This document shows, piece after piece, positions 63,240-64,000 of a DNA stretch of 64,000 nucleotides. The position numbers were made by a program, and so were the translations under genes. Within the stretch, counting starts at the first letter, position 1. Every line of letters begins with the position of its first letter. The notes below the pieces were generated by a model that saw only the letters and a program-made list of their open reading frames with translations, ran no database searches and had not been told where the DNA came from. This DNA comes from Perna viridis (lineage: Eukaryota): the NCBI GenBank assembly GCA_037379345.1, contig CM074511.1, positions 23,357,171 to 23,421,170 on the forward strand, read 5' to 3'.

Positions 63240-64000
63240 ACTTAATCGGAATTTTAGTTAATTACTGCACAGCTATCGGCAGTCACCTCTCCGCTCTGTA
63301 AGTATGATTAAAGCACGGTATCTTTTCGAAAAGGTATGCTCAAAAGACGGTTTCTGCACTCTATTAGGGTTCATTTCTTAAGAGCGAGAACTTCGGGATC
63401 ATTATCCGCTATCAATGAAAACAAGAGTGAAAAGTACTAGAAACCTTCGGAAGCAAATTGTCCGTACATTGTACACTGACGCCAATATGTGCCGCATTAA
63501 AACAATGGTATTTGAGTTACACACACAGGCACACCTTTTCTAATGTGTTAAAACAACGTCTATATTAGAAAATGCTTTTAGTTCCATTCATAGAATATTA
63601 CTCATGCAAATGAGTATCAAGGGAAAATTTGTAGAAATAGAATTTCGTTTTTACACGCAATAATTGTCTCGCAAAGTAGTTATATGCGAGAATGTTTTAG
63701 TTGGACGCAAAGGGATGAAATTGAATAACAATAAATTAATTATACGCCATGCTTTATTTGCCCAGTGAAATTTACTTCTGTTGTGTGTTTTATCGACTCG
63801 GTGTCAATCTAATTAACCCCGGAAAACGTCAATGTAGTCGCTTGCTAACGCAATTTACAATCCTCGATAAAACCGCTATGGAGAAAATATGTTTTCTACA
63901 AATTAAATAACAGCTTAAAACTTTGTTTTATTGTGAAAATGTTTAAATGATGAAACATGAAACTGAGAATGAATTTATTAATTTGCAATTTATCTCATAC

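Overview
AT-rich eukaryotic genomic DNA with GT-AG introns; the repeat content looks like a bivalve mollusc (inference). The only supportable protein-coding content is a cluster of three paralogous five-exon genes that the ORF track shows only as fragments: A (+, 16961-21209, 249 aa), B (+, 44999-51348, 242 aa) and C (-, 63145-58948, 241 aa). All three share intron phases 1-2-1-2 and internal exon sizes of 172-178, 146 and 157 nt. They encode a signal peptide, two internal six-cysteine repeats and a C-terminal hydrophobic GPI-like anchor, so they look like uncharacterised cysteine-rich cell-surface glycoproteins. Notable details: a positionally conserved upstream motif and uORF-rich leader in all three genes; a Cys-to-Tyr loss in A; and, in intron 4 of B, both a 44-bp tandem array that multiplies the exon-4 splice donor and an inverted pair of degenerate minimal hammerhead ribozymes. 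The rest is interspersed repeat: a decayed Penelope-like RT with eight 5'-truncated 3'-end copies, six copies of a TA-flanked hairpin MITE, TTAA- and 8-bp-TSD MITEs, tRNA-derived SINE fragments, a Helentron-associated element and mini/microsatellites. All gene models were assembled by hand, without transcript data or database searches.
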